A stretch of DNA of 26,369 bases from contig JAHPZI010000027.1 of NCBI GenBank assembly GCA_019058295.1, forward strand, positions 35,934-62,302, in the 5' to 3' direction. Position 1 is the first letter of the stretch. Every line of letters starts with the position of its first letter. Under the pieces are notes generated by a model that made no database searches, had not been told where the DNA came from, and was given only the letters and a program-made list of their open reading frames with translations. The DNA is from Promethearchaeota archaeon (lineage in GTDB: Archaea; Asgardarchaeota; Lokiarchaeia; Sigyniarchaeales; SOKP01). Position numbers and translations under genes: made by a program. Positions 1 to 8,162 of the stretch are shown here, piece by piece.

Positions 1-1184
1 TCTGTGATTTCTCTTGAAATCGTTAATATTTTCCAATTTCCTTCATTATCAACATAAGATTTACTTTTAATATCCATCCAGATCCAGGTTCCATTTTTAT
101 GCTTAAATCTTCCTTCACGATTAGAAGATCCATATTTTTGTAATTCAAATGCATATTTACCAATTTGTTTATATTCATCTGGATGGGTAAAAATTCCAGC
201 GAATTTTCCAATCATTTCATCTTTAGAATATCCTAATATTCTTAAATGAGTTAATTCGTTAATATATTCTATCTCAAATTTATCGTTAATAACGCGGATT
301 AAATCATTCGCTGTTTCTGTAATTATACGATAATTTTCTTCTGATTCTTTTAATTCTTTAGTTTTCTCATCTATTAATTTCTCAAGGTGATCTTGATATA
401 TTTTTAATTCTTGCTCCGCCTTCTTGTGCTCGGTGATGTCTCTTGCAATACCATATACACCAATGATTTCTTCTTTATCATTTTTCAAGGGTTTATTACT
501 AAATTGACAAGTTTTTCTACTATTGATAAAGGTTAGTTCAAATGTAGGAGATTCTCCATTTAGGGTTTTAGTAAAATTTTCTAGTGCTAACTTCCCATCT
601 TCTTCTGAAAACAAGTGTAAGAAATTATATCCTATTATTTTATCTTTAGATAAACCAGTTAATTCTTCTGCAATCTTATTACAATAAATTACATTGCCAA
701 ATTTGTCTGTTTCATAAGCGATGTCATTCAGATTCTCTAAAAAATCTCTATATTGTTTTTCAGATTCTTTTAATTCTTTTTCAGCTTTCTTACGCTCGGT
801 AATATCTATAGCAATACCCACCGTGCCTACAACATCTCCATTTTCATTAAATATGGGTGATTTTGTTGTCTCAAGATATTTCTCATTACCATCCTTATCT
901 AGAATAGTTTCTTCAAGGGTTATTTGCTTCTTTCCTTCCATTACTACTCTATCATCTTCTTTGAACTTCTTGGCTGCCTCTTCTCCAAAGCAAACTGCGC
1001 AAGTATTATTCCTGAGATACTCAGGATCTATACCCACAACATTGCCAAATGTTTGATTGGCTAGAATAAAGTTAGAATCAGCGTCTTTGAGCCAAGCCAT
1101 ATGAGGAATATTATTAATAAAAGTTTCCATCTCCCTTATTTTCTGTTCCAGCTTCTGTTCAACATGTTCACGATTATTTTTCAT
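1..1184 (-). CDS. Multi-PAS/PAC domain sensor protein, 5' part only (probably a histidine kinase; runs off the left edge)
   Basis: Not in the ORF track. Manual translation from ATG at 1184 is open to position 3 (394 codons): MKNNREHVEQKLEQKIREMETFINNIPHMAWLKDADSNFILANQ... It has three PAS/PAC units ending GIAIDITERKKAE, GIARDITEHKKAE and TISREIT, joined by LKESE(E/K)xYR linkers. The output domain lies outside the window. Confidence 0.9.
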   Translation of the reverse strand, partial: MKNNREHVEQKLEQKIREMETFINNIPHMAWLKDADSNFILANQTFGNVVGIDPEYLRNNTCAVCFGEEAAKKFKEDDRVVMEGKKQITLEETILDKDGNEKYLETTKSPIFNENGDVVGTVGIAIDITERKKAEKELKESEKQYRDFLENLNDIAYETDKFGNVIYCNKIAEELTGLSKDKIIGYNFLHLFSEEDGKLALENFTKTLNGESPTFELTFINSRKTCQFSNKPLKNDKEEIIGVYGIARDITEHKKAEQELKIYQDHLEKLIDEKTKELKESEENYRIITETANDLIRVINDKFEIEYINELTHLRILGYSKDEMIGKFAGIFTHPDEYKQIGKYAFELQKYGSSNREGRFKHKNGTWIWMDIKSKSYVDNEGNWKILTISREIT

Positions 1185-1333
1185 TCTTTTTCATGCTAGA
1201 GTGATTTTTATCCTTCATACAATAGGCACAAATTATTTAGACACAATTAAAACAATAATAGTTAGATAATTAAACTCTTCGTAAAATCACTTAAAAATTT
1301 ATATTTAAAATAATTCATTAATTGAATATTAAA

Positions 1334-1371
1334 ATTTGATGTGTAATTATTTAAATATGAAAACATCAAAT
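1334..1371. promoter_or_regulatory. Dyad-symmetric element (candidate operator) centred on a TATA-box-like palindrome
   Basis: ATTTGATGT (1334-1342) and ACATCAAAT (1363-1371) are a perfect 9-bp inverted repeat. The palindrome TATTTAAATA (1348-1357) shares the same axis (1352/1353). It lies in the divergent intergenic region, about 47 bp upstream of the ATG at 1405. Confidence 0.5.
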
Positions 1372-1404
1372 GATCATTTAAATTAAGTAAAAAGAGATAA
1401 TATT

Positions 1405-2919
1405 ATGACCGAAATTCAAAATGTTTATGAAAAGATCGAAAATATTGTAGGAACTAAATATGTATCCGATTCAAAACCAGTATGTTATTCTTACTCAATG
1501 AATTGCGATACAGTTTTACAAGGTATTCCAGATTTAGTTGTTCGTCCAAATACCGCTGAAGAGATCTCTGAAATTTTAAAAATAGCAAATCAAAATAAGA
1601 TAATAATAACACCTAGAGGTGGAGGAGCAGATTTAACTGGGGGAGCAAAACCAATTGGTAAAGGGGGACTTGTACTAGATTTAACTCGAATGAATAAAAT
1701 CTTAGATGTTGATGAGAAAAATCAGGTAGTTACAGTTGAAGTTGGAATATCTTGGAGTGAATTATGCGAACAATTAAGACACGTTGGAATTGGATACTAT
1801 ACGGGTTCAACTGGACCTGCCTCTGGATATTCAGCAACAATTGGGGGAGGCCTTTCAAATAATTCTGTTGGTGGTGGAGGAGCTGCCATGTATGGAGCAG
1901 TTACAGAACAATGTGTTGGTTTAGAAGTAGTTCTACCCACCGGAGAGATAATATATACGGGCGCAAAAGCTAACTCTTTTACCGATAAACAATTTACAAG
2001 GTTCGGATTAGGTCCTGATTATTCTGGACTATTTTTAGGAGATGTTGGAATTCACGGTATAAAGACAAAAGCATCTTTTCATTTATATCCACTACCAGAA
2101 TATGCAGCATTTAACACGTACGAGATTAAAAAAACTAAAGAAAAAACACCCTCAGAAAGAGTTACAGATGTGATGATGCAATGGCAACAAAATCGTTTAC
2201 CATTACATGATTTTTATTACTATCCTCCTGTTTTTGTCACATTATTGAAAGGAGGGGGAATATTTGCTCCTTTAAAAGACGCTAAAGTTAGAGGTGGTCT
2301 TTTATACTACACAACTGTGGCAAACACACAAAAGGAACTAGATTATAATGTAGAAAGAATAGAAAAAATCGCTAAAGATGCTGAATTTAGGCAATTAGGA
2401 GATACTTTAGAAGAAGGTAATTTTGGAAAATGGTTTTATGAAGAAGAAGGAAGATGGCAATGGGCTTATGGGTATTGGGGAATGACAGGAACTAGCGCAG
2501 GTACTTGCGGTTCTTGCCTAAAATGCCCAACTTATCAATTACCAGATTATATTAAATTATATGATGATTGGAATAAAAGAAATCTAAATAAACTCAATGA
2601 AGCTGGTGGCGGGAGTGCTAGTTTTATTGTATTTGGCGTTTATCCGACTTATTTAGATATAACAGGGGGTTTATTATTTCTTAATTCTGATCCAGAATTG
2701 AGAGAGAAACATTATGAAATATGGAAAGATCTAATAATAGCTCAGATAAAGGAAACAGGGGGAATCCATTACTGGATGGGAGAGATCATTGGAAGGGCAT
2801 TAGTGGATTCTGGAGCGCTAACAGAAGAATATTATAATTTTATGATATCAATTAAAAAAGCCCTTGATCCAAAAGGAATTTTAAGCCCTGGGAAGTTTTA
2901 TTTAGGAGATAAATACTAA
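1405..2919 (+). CDS. FAD-binding oxidoreductase (PCMH/VAO fold; GlcD/D-lactate dehydrogenase-like)
   Basis: FAD_binding_4 motifs PDLVVRP, TPRGGGADLTGG, LDLTRMNKI, ATIGG, GLEVVLPTGEI and G-I-K-T-K-A; C-terminal IKKALDPKGILSPGK, typical of FAD-oxidase_C. Confidence 0.9.
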   Translation: MTEIQNVYEKIENIVGTKYVSDSKPVCYSYSMNCDTVLQGIPDLVVRPNTAEEISEILKIANQNKIIITPRGGGADLTGGAKPIGKGGLVLDLTRMNKILDVDEKNQVVTVEVGISWSELCEQLRHVGIGYYTGSTGPASGYSATIGGGLSNNSVGGGGAAMYGAVTEQCVGLEVVLPTGEIIYTGAKANSFTDKQFTRFGLGPDYSGLFLGDVGIHGIKTKASFHLYPLPEYAAFNTYEIKKTKEKTPSERVTDVMMQWQQNRLPLHDFYYYPPVFVTLLKGGGIFAPLKDAKVRGGLLYYTTVANTQKELDYNVERIEKIAKDAEFRQLGDTLEEGNFGKWFYEEEGRWQWAYGYWGMTGTSAGTCGSCLKCPTYQLPDYIKLYDDWNKRNLNKLNEAGGGSASFIVFGVYPTYLDITGGLLFLNSDPELREKHYEIWKDLIIAQIKETGGIHYWMGEIIGRALVDSGALTEEYYNFMISIKKALDPKGILSPGKFYLGDKY

Positions 2920-2931
2920 TTGGTGACTAAT

Positions 2932-4188
2932 GTGAGTGATAGTAAAGAATATCAAGAAAGTGAAAGTAAAGAAAAATTAAAGAATTTAGAAGAATTGAGA
3001 TCAGCTGCTTTTGCCTGTGTGCAGTGTGGTCAATGTAGAACGCCTCAAGCACCTTTTGCAGGAATATATTATGTATGCCCTGTATATCAAACTGAGATTA
3101 CTCCAAAATTCGAACCATATTTCGCACGAGGGAAAAACCTCATTTTAAAAGGTTTATTATGGGGGGATTTAGAATTAACTCCAGAACTGAGCGAGATAAT
3201 ATTTCAATGTTCTCTATGTGGTGCATGTGAGGAGTTTTGTCATAATTCTTTTAATGAAAATATTAATTTTGCTAACCATAATTGGGCTGAAAATGTTAGA
3301 ACTTATGAAGCACTGAGAGCAGATTTAGTAGAAGCAGGATTTGCATTAGAATCACATATACCTATGAACAAAGCTATGGTTGAATTATTGAATCCTTATG
3401 GTAGAGATAATAAAGAGAAGACTGAATGGACTGAAAAGTTGGATTTTAAAATAAAAAACGCTAGTGAAGAAAGTACTGAAGTATTATATTTTGTCGGATG
3501 CACAGCGGCATTAACACCTCAAGTTCAAAATGTTGCGATAGCTACAGCTAAAATATTACACAAATTGGGCGTAGATTTTTCTATCTTTGGAGAAAATGAG
3601 GTTTGCTGCGGAAGTGTAGCAATGCGGACGGGTGATAGGAAAGCCTTTGAAAAAGTGGCAGAAAAGAACGCTAAATTATTTAAAGAGAGAGGAATAAAGA
3701 AAATTATCACAAGTTGTGCTGGTTGTTATCGAACTCTTAAAAAAGATTATGGAGATAAATTAGAAGGGATAGAGATTTTACACACAGTCGAGTTTTTAGA
3801 CGAACTAATTGCCCAAAAAAACCTTAAATTAAAAAAATTGGATATTAATATAACGTATCATGATCCATGTCATATTGGAAGACATATGGGGTTATACGAG
3901 GTACCAAGACGTATACTTAATAAAATCTCCAATCTCGTTGAAATGAAAACAAATCGAGAAGGTGCCATGTGTTGCGGGGCAGGAGGCGGTGTAAAGAAGG
4001 GCTTTCCTGAATTAGCTCTCGAAATGGCTAAAAATCGTGTTGAGGATGCTAAGGAAACTGGTGTAAAAATCTTAGTAAGTACATGTCCTTTTTGTTTTAG
4101 GAACTTATTTGACGCCATTGATGCGCTTAATTCTGACATAAAAATGGTAGATTTGGTAGAATTGTTTTTAGACGCTTTAGAAGATTAA
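2932..4188 (+). CDS. (Fe-S)-binding oxidoreductase, HdrD/GlpC/GlcF type (two ferredoxin-type motifs plus two CCG domains)
   Basis: CVQCGQC...CP and CSLCGACEEFC; CCG-domain motifs GC...CCG...SCAGC and YHDPCH...CCGAGGG...TCPFC. GTG at 2932 follows a GGTGA SD (2922-2926), so I prefer it over the track's TTG at 2920. Confidence 0.9.
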   Translation: MSDSKEYQESESKEKLKNLEELRSAAFACVQCGQCRTPQAPFAGIYYVCPVYQTEITPKFEPYFARGKNLILKGLLWGDLELTPELSEIIFQCSLCGACEEFCHNSFNENINFANHNWAENVRTYEALRADLVEAGFALESHIPMNKAMVELLNPYGRDNKEKTEWTEKLDFKIKNASEESTEVLYFVGCTAALTPQVQNVAIATAKILHKLGVDFSIFGENEVCCGSVAMRTGDRKAFEKVAEKNAKLFKERGIKKIITSCAGCYRTLKKDYGDKLEGIEILHTVEFLDELIAQKNLKLKKLDINITYHDPCHIGRHMGLYEVPRRILNKISNLVEMKTNREGAMCCGAGGGVKKGFPELALEMAKNRVEDAKETGVKILVSTCPFCFRNLFDAIDALNSDIKMVDLVELFLDALED

Positions 4189-4263
4189 TAAAATTATAAA
4201 TTTCTTTTTTCTTATACTAAAAATTTAACCTCAATAATCAGAAACAAGAAATATTATTTAACA

Positions 4264-5280
4264 ATGGATGAAAAATTCATCGTAGGAGTAGATATTGGTG
4301 GCACTTGGATTCGGGTTGCGATAGGTACACTAGATTTAATAGATAAAAACATTAAAATTAAAATCACAGAAACCTTAAAGGAAAATAAATACTCAATAAG
4401 TAATTCTGTGTGTAAGCTGTTATCCGAACTATTATCAGAAAATAATATTAAAAGTGAACAGATTATAGGGATTGGGTTAGCCATGGCAGGCCCTATTGAT
4501 ATTATTAAGGGCGAAGGTTTTAACAATCCAAATTTAGGCTTTAGAATCGTACCCTTAAAAGAGCCCATTGAAGAAAAATTCCCAGGAATTCCGATATATT
4601 TAATTAATGATTGTAATGCAGCAGTATTAGGAATTCAATATTTTGAAGCGGATGATGATGAAAAAGAAAATCTTGTTTATATTACAGTATCAACTGGAGT
4701 TGGAGGAGGAGCTATTTGTAATGGTCACTTATTACTTGGAAAGGAGGGAAATGCGGTTGAAATTGGACATGGGATAGTTGAACCAAAAAGCACAATCCAA
4801 TGTAATTGCGGTGCATATGGATGCTGGGAAGTATATAGTTCAGGTACAGGAGTTAAACTAAGAACATTAAACGCATTAAACGATGGAAATTTAAACGCAG
4901 ATATTTTACTAGGTATAGTAAATGGAAACAAATCTAAAATCACAGCTAAAGAAGTATTTCAAGCAGCAAGAGAAGGAGATAATCTTTCTAAAAAAATTGT
5001 AGATGAGTGCATATTTTATTGTAAGGTTGGGATTGGATTGATAAACAATTATTACGATGTTTCAACTATATATTTTGGCGGTGCTATGATGAACGATGAA
5101 GAGCAAATAATTCCCCCATTAATTGAACAATTTGAGAAAGATCCAATTAAATTTACAATAAATCATCCACCCAAAATAAAAATAACAAAATATAGAGATG
5201 AAATTGGTGTAAGAGGCGCTTTAACTTTAGTTAAATACAAATCAGAAAATAATCCAATCTTGAAAGGCACTACATTTTAA
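4264..5280 (+). CDS. glk: ROK family sugar kinase (glucokinase-like)
   Basis: VGVDIGGT ATP-binding motif, NDCNAA, STGVGGG, EIGH and the ROK zinc motif CNCG..GCWE. There is no N-terminal HTH, so it is a kinase rather than a repressor. Confidence 0.88.
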   Translation: MDEKFIVGVDIGGTWIRVAIGTLDLIDKNIKIKITETLKENKYSISNSVCKLLSELLSENNIKSEQIIGIGLAMAGPIDIIKGEGFNNPNLGFRIVPLKEPIEEKFPGIPIYLINDCNAAVLGIQYFEADDDEKENLVYITVSTGVGGGAICNGHLLLGKEGNAVEIGHGIVEPKSTIQCNCGAYGCWEVYSSGTGVKLRTLNALNDGNLNADILLGIVNGNKSKITAKEVFQAAREGDNLSKKIVDECIFYCKVGIGLINNYYDVSTIYFGGAMMNDEEQIIPPLIEQFEKDPIKFTINHPPKIKITKYRDEIGVRGALTLVKYKSENNPILKGTTF

Positions 5281-5407
5281 AAAACTTGATTATAATGTCA
5301 AAAAAGCATTTTCATTGAAAAAAGATAAAAATAATATTTAATAAATCACCAATTAATATTGTCTTATTCTAATTTTATTTGTAATTAAAGATATTAGGTG
5401 AAGAAAA

Positions 5408-6091
5408 ATTAGTATTGATTGGGTTAAATGTAAGGAATCCCCTAAAAAAGCACAAAAAGTAGAGGGAAGAATTCTTTTAGAGTTTAGAACGAAAGTTAAC
5501 GATTTGGCTAGAGATTTGGATAAAAATAAAAAAGAACTAATCTTAACTAAAGAAAAACTAAAAGCTACAGTAAAAAATTTAAATGAGTTAAACGAAAAAA
5601 ATGCTTCTGGGGAAGATGAAATAGCAGAATTAAAAAAAAAATTAAGACAATCTGAGACAAAAGTTTCTAATGAAATAATAAAGTTGGATACTTCTTCAGA
5701 AAAGTCCTCTAAATTGAAACAAGCACTTGACGAAAGGGATAATGAAATCAAGAGATTGAAAGATGAATTACAAAAGAAAGAAGAAGAAATTATAAGTATA
5801 AAAGGAATAAAATCTGAGGCAGAAGAAAAAGATAAAAAATTAAGTAATATGATTGAACAATCAAATACTTTGGCACAACAGTTAAAAGAGAAGGAGAAAG
5901 AAATTGAAACTTATAAAAGTAATTTTGAAACCAAGGTTAAGGAATTGAATGATTTAACTGAAAAATTTGAAACTTTAGATAATCTATTGGAAGAGTCTCA
6001 ATCAGCTCCAAATCTTATAGAAAAAATTAGAAAAAAAATGCAATATAAAGGATTTCTTTCTGATAGAGAATTAGAAGAACTATTGGAATAA
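5408..6091 (+). CDS. Long coiled-coil hypothetical protein (probable ATT start at 5408; track start 5504)
   Basis: Heptad-rich E/K/L composition over about 170 aa, with a C-terminal globular-looking motif (KMQYKGFLSDRELEELLE). The frame is open upstream of 5504 to a TGA at 5399. AGGTGA SD at 5396-5401 lies 6 nt before ATT at 5408. Confidence 0.75.
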   Translation: MSIDWVKCKESPKKAQKVEGRILLEFRTKVNDLARDLDKNKKELILTKEKLKATVKNLNELNEKNASGEDEIAELKKKLRQSETKVSNEIIKLDTSSEKSSKLKQALDERDNEIKRLKDELQKKEEEIISIKGIKSEAEEKDKKLSNMIEQSNTLAQQLKEKEKEIETYKSNFETKVKELNDLTEKFETLDNLLEESQSAPNLIEKIRKKMQYKGFLSDRELEELLE

Positions 6092-6125
6092 ATTCTAAAA
6101 AAGAATTTAAATTAATCAAATCACT

Positions 6126-6725
6126 TTAAGGAATCCAATCATAATCCATATTTTGATTATCCAATATTTTTTTTATGAGAACTTTAAAACTCTCGGAAAT
6201 GTTGTAATTTTCTTTTGAAGAGCATCTGAAAAAATCCTTCTCATCATGTCTATATAAGAATTGATCAATTACTAAATCATTAATCTTATCAGGACCAAGT
6301 TCAGAACCAATTTCAGATTCAGTTTGAATTAAGTCGTACTTAGTTCCTAACACAACTCGAGGAACTTTATTTTTATCAACATTATTAAAGAGTCGATCGT
6401 ACCACCAATCCAATCTGATTAAGCTCTGCATATTAATGAGAGAAAAGACCATTAATACCCCATTCACACCATTAATATAAGAAGGAAATAGTATTTGAAA
6501 TTGTTCTTGCCCCCCAAAATCCCAAATTGTTGCAGAGACGAGTGAATGCTCGTTTTTAACTATAATTGGAAGTTCATAACTATAAAAATCAATCCCAATG
6601 GTCAATTTCGTATTATCATCATATTTATTTAAGCAAAGCCTATTTGCATAGCATGTTTTCCCGATTCCTCCAGATCCTAAAATGCATATCTTAAAAACGT
6701 ATCGGCTATCTGATGGGGATATCAT
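6126..6725 (-). CDS. Ras-superfamily small GTPase (Rab/Roc-like, Asgard type)
   Basis: G1 GSGGIGKT, G2 TIGIDF, G3 WDFGGQ, G4 GTKYD, G5 CSSK. No C-terminal Cys prenylation motif. Confidence 0.93.
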   Translation of the reverse strand: MISPSDSRYVFKICILGSGGIGKTCYANRLCLNKYDDNTKLTIGIDFYSYELPIIVKNEHSLVSATIWDFGGQEQFQILFPSYINGVNGVLMVFSLINMQSLIRLDWWYDRLFNNVDKNKVPRVVLGTKYDLIQTESEIGSELGPDKINDLVIDQFLYRHDEKDFFRCSSKENYNISESFKVLIKKILDNQNMDYDWIP

Positions 6726-6965
6726 AAATTTTTCCGAGTCTTATTTGTTCTCTAAACCCTCTTAAATCATGAGAGCATATTAGATAGAAAGATTTGTTAA
6801 AAATATAAATTTGCTTTTTTTACTTACTAAAATGTAGAAATTGAGAGATATGAAAAAATTCTTAGGTCATATAATATCTAATTAAAAAGTAAATTATTAT
6901 AACTAATTAAATTCAATTTTTTAATATTGATATAAATTTAAAAAAAACCTTAGCTTAATTTAATA

Positions 6966-8132
6966 ATGAATCCTAAAATCATAAGTATAGAATTGACTCC
7001 AATACATGTCCCATTTAAAGAAGCAGTAAGACATGCATTGGGAGAAACTGAAGGGGGTTTAGGAATGGCAATTCCAGCTGAAGAACCTTGGTTAGGGGGA
7101 GATTTTGTTATTTGTAAACTTATTGCCGATGATGGTAATATTGGGATTGGAGAGTCATTTGTTTGGTTACCGGAGTCAGGTTTATTACCTGATCAAATTA
7201 TTAGCGTTATAAAGCAATCCTTGTATAGATATGTTATAGGGGAGAGCCCCTTCAATATTGAGAAGATACGATATAAGATGAATATTAATGCTGCATTAAA
7301 TGAGGTTGCTAAAGGGCTTTTAGACATGGCATGCTATGATTTAATGGGAAAAATTTCGGGACGACCTGTATATGATCTCATAGGAGGAAAAACTGTAGAT
7401 GAGATTCCGCTCACAGCACTTATACCACTTGCCGATCCTATGTTAATGAGAGGAATTGCTAAAAGTTATTACAAACGAGGGTTTCGGACTTTTCGATTAA
7501 AACTTGGAAATAGCATAGAAGAAGATATTGAAATTTGTGAAATAATAAGAAAGGCTTTAGGTTCTAAAGTAAATGTGCGCGTTGATTATAATCAGGCATA
7601 TCCTAATCCTCATGAAGCAATTCGGGCCATTAAAGCAATTGAACCATTTGGTATTGATTTTGCTGAACAACCAGTACGTAATAATGATTATCTTGGCTTA
7701 GCTCATGTACAAAAGCGTGTGGTTACCCCTTTAATGTCGCATGAAGATTTTTTTACATTGCGAGATTTTATTACATTAGTAGAGCTGGGAGCTGTAGGAG
7801 TCCTCGGATTAAATTCCACACGACCGGGAGGAGTCACAAACGCCCTAAGAGCCTTAGATTACGCTGAACAAAGAGGTCTTGGCGCTGTGATACACGATCA
7901 ACCTCTAGGTATTGCTTCTGCTATGCATATCCATATAGCTACAGCTAGGTATCATTCCTTTACTTATGCCGCTGAACTTTTTGGGGCAGAAATGATGGAG
8001 GACGATCTCATTACAAAACCTCTAAATTTAGAAGGTATGGCTAAAATACCTGAGGGGCCAGGCTGGGGGATAGAACTTGACGAGAAAGCCTTAGAAAAAT
8101 ATACTACGAGCCCTACTATAACTTTAAAATAA
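6966..8132 (+). CDS. Mandelate racemase/muconate lactonizing enzyme (enolase superfamily) protein
   Basis: N-terminal capping domain (GIGE, LDMACYDLMGK..GRPVYDLIGG), barrel motifs RLK, VDYNQ, AEQP, SHED, IHD, and C-terminal PEGPGWGIELD. Confidence 0.92.
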   Translation: MNPKIISIELTPIHVPFKEAVRHALGETEGGLGMAIPAEEPWLGGDFVICKLIADDGNIGIGESFVWLPESGLLPDQIISVIKQSLYRYVIGESPFNIEKIRYKMNINAALNEVAKGLLDMACYDLMGKISGRPVYDLIGGKTVDEIPLTALIPLADPMLMRGIAKSYYKRGFRTFRLKLGNSIEEDIEICEIIRKALGSKVNVRVDYNQAYPNPHEAIRAIKAIEPFGIDFAEQPVRNNDYLGLAHVQKRVVTPLMSHEDFFTLRDFITLVELGAVGVLGLNSTRPGGVTNALRALDYAEQRGLGAVIHDQPLGIASAMHIHIATARYHSFTYAAELFGAEMMEDDLITKPLNLEGMAKIPEGPGWGIELDEKALEKYTTSPTITLK

Positions 8133-8162
8133 TAACAAAAAAAAGTGGATGTCGGCTTCAAA

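Noticed and set aside
23-1056. Track ORFs 23..211 (-) and 721..1056 (+)
   Set aside because: They are an alternate frame and an antisense shadow of the real PAS gene (1..1184, -).
3525-5751. Minus-strand ORFs 3525..3710, 3870..4139, 4254..4568, 4725..4943 and 5353..5751
   Set aside because: They are antisense to well-supported genes, have F/S/L-rich shadow composition and show no motifs.
5408-6091. SMC/chromosome partition protein call
   Set aside because: No Walker A/B, signature motif or hinge; similarity would come only from coiled-coil composition.
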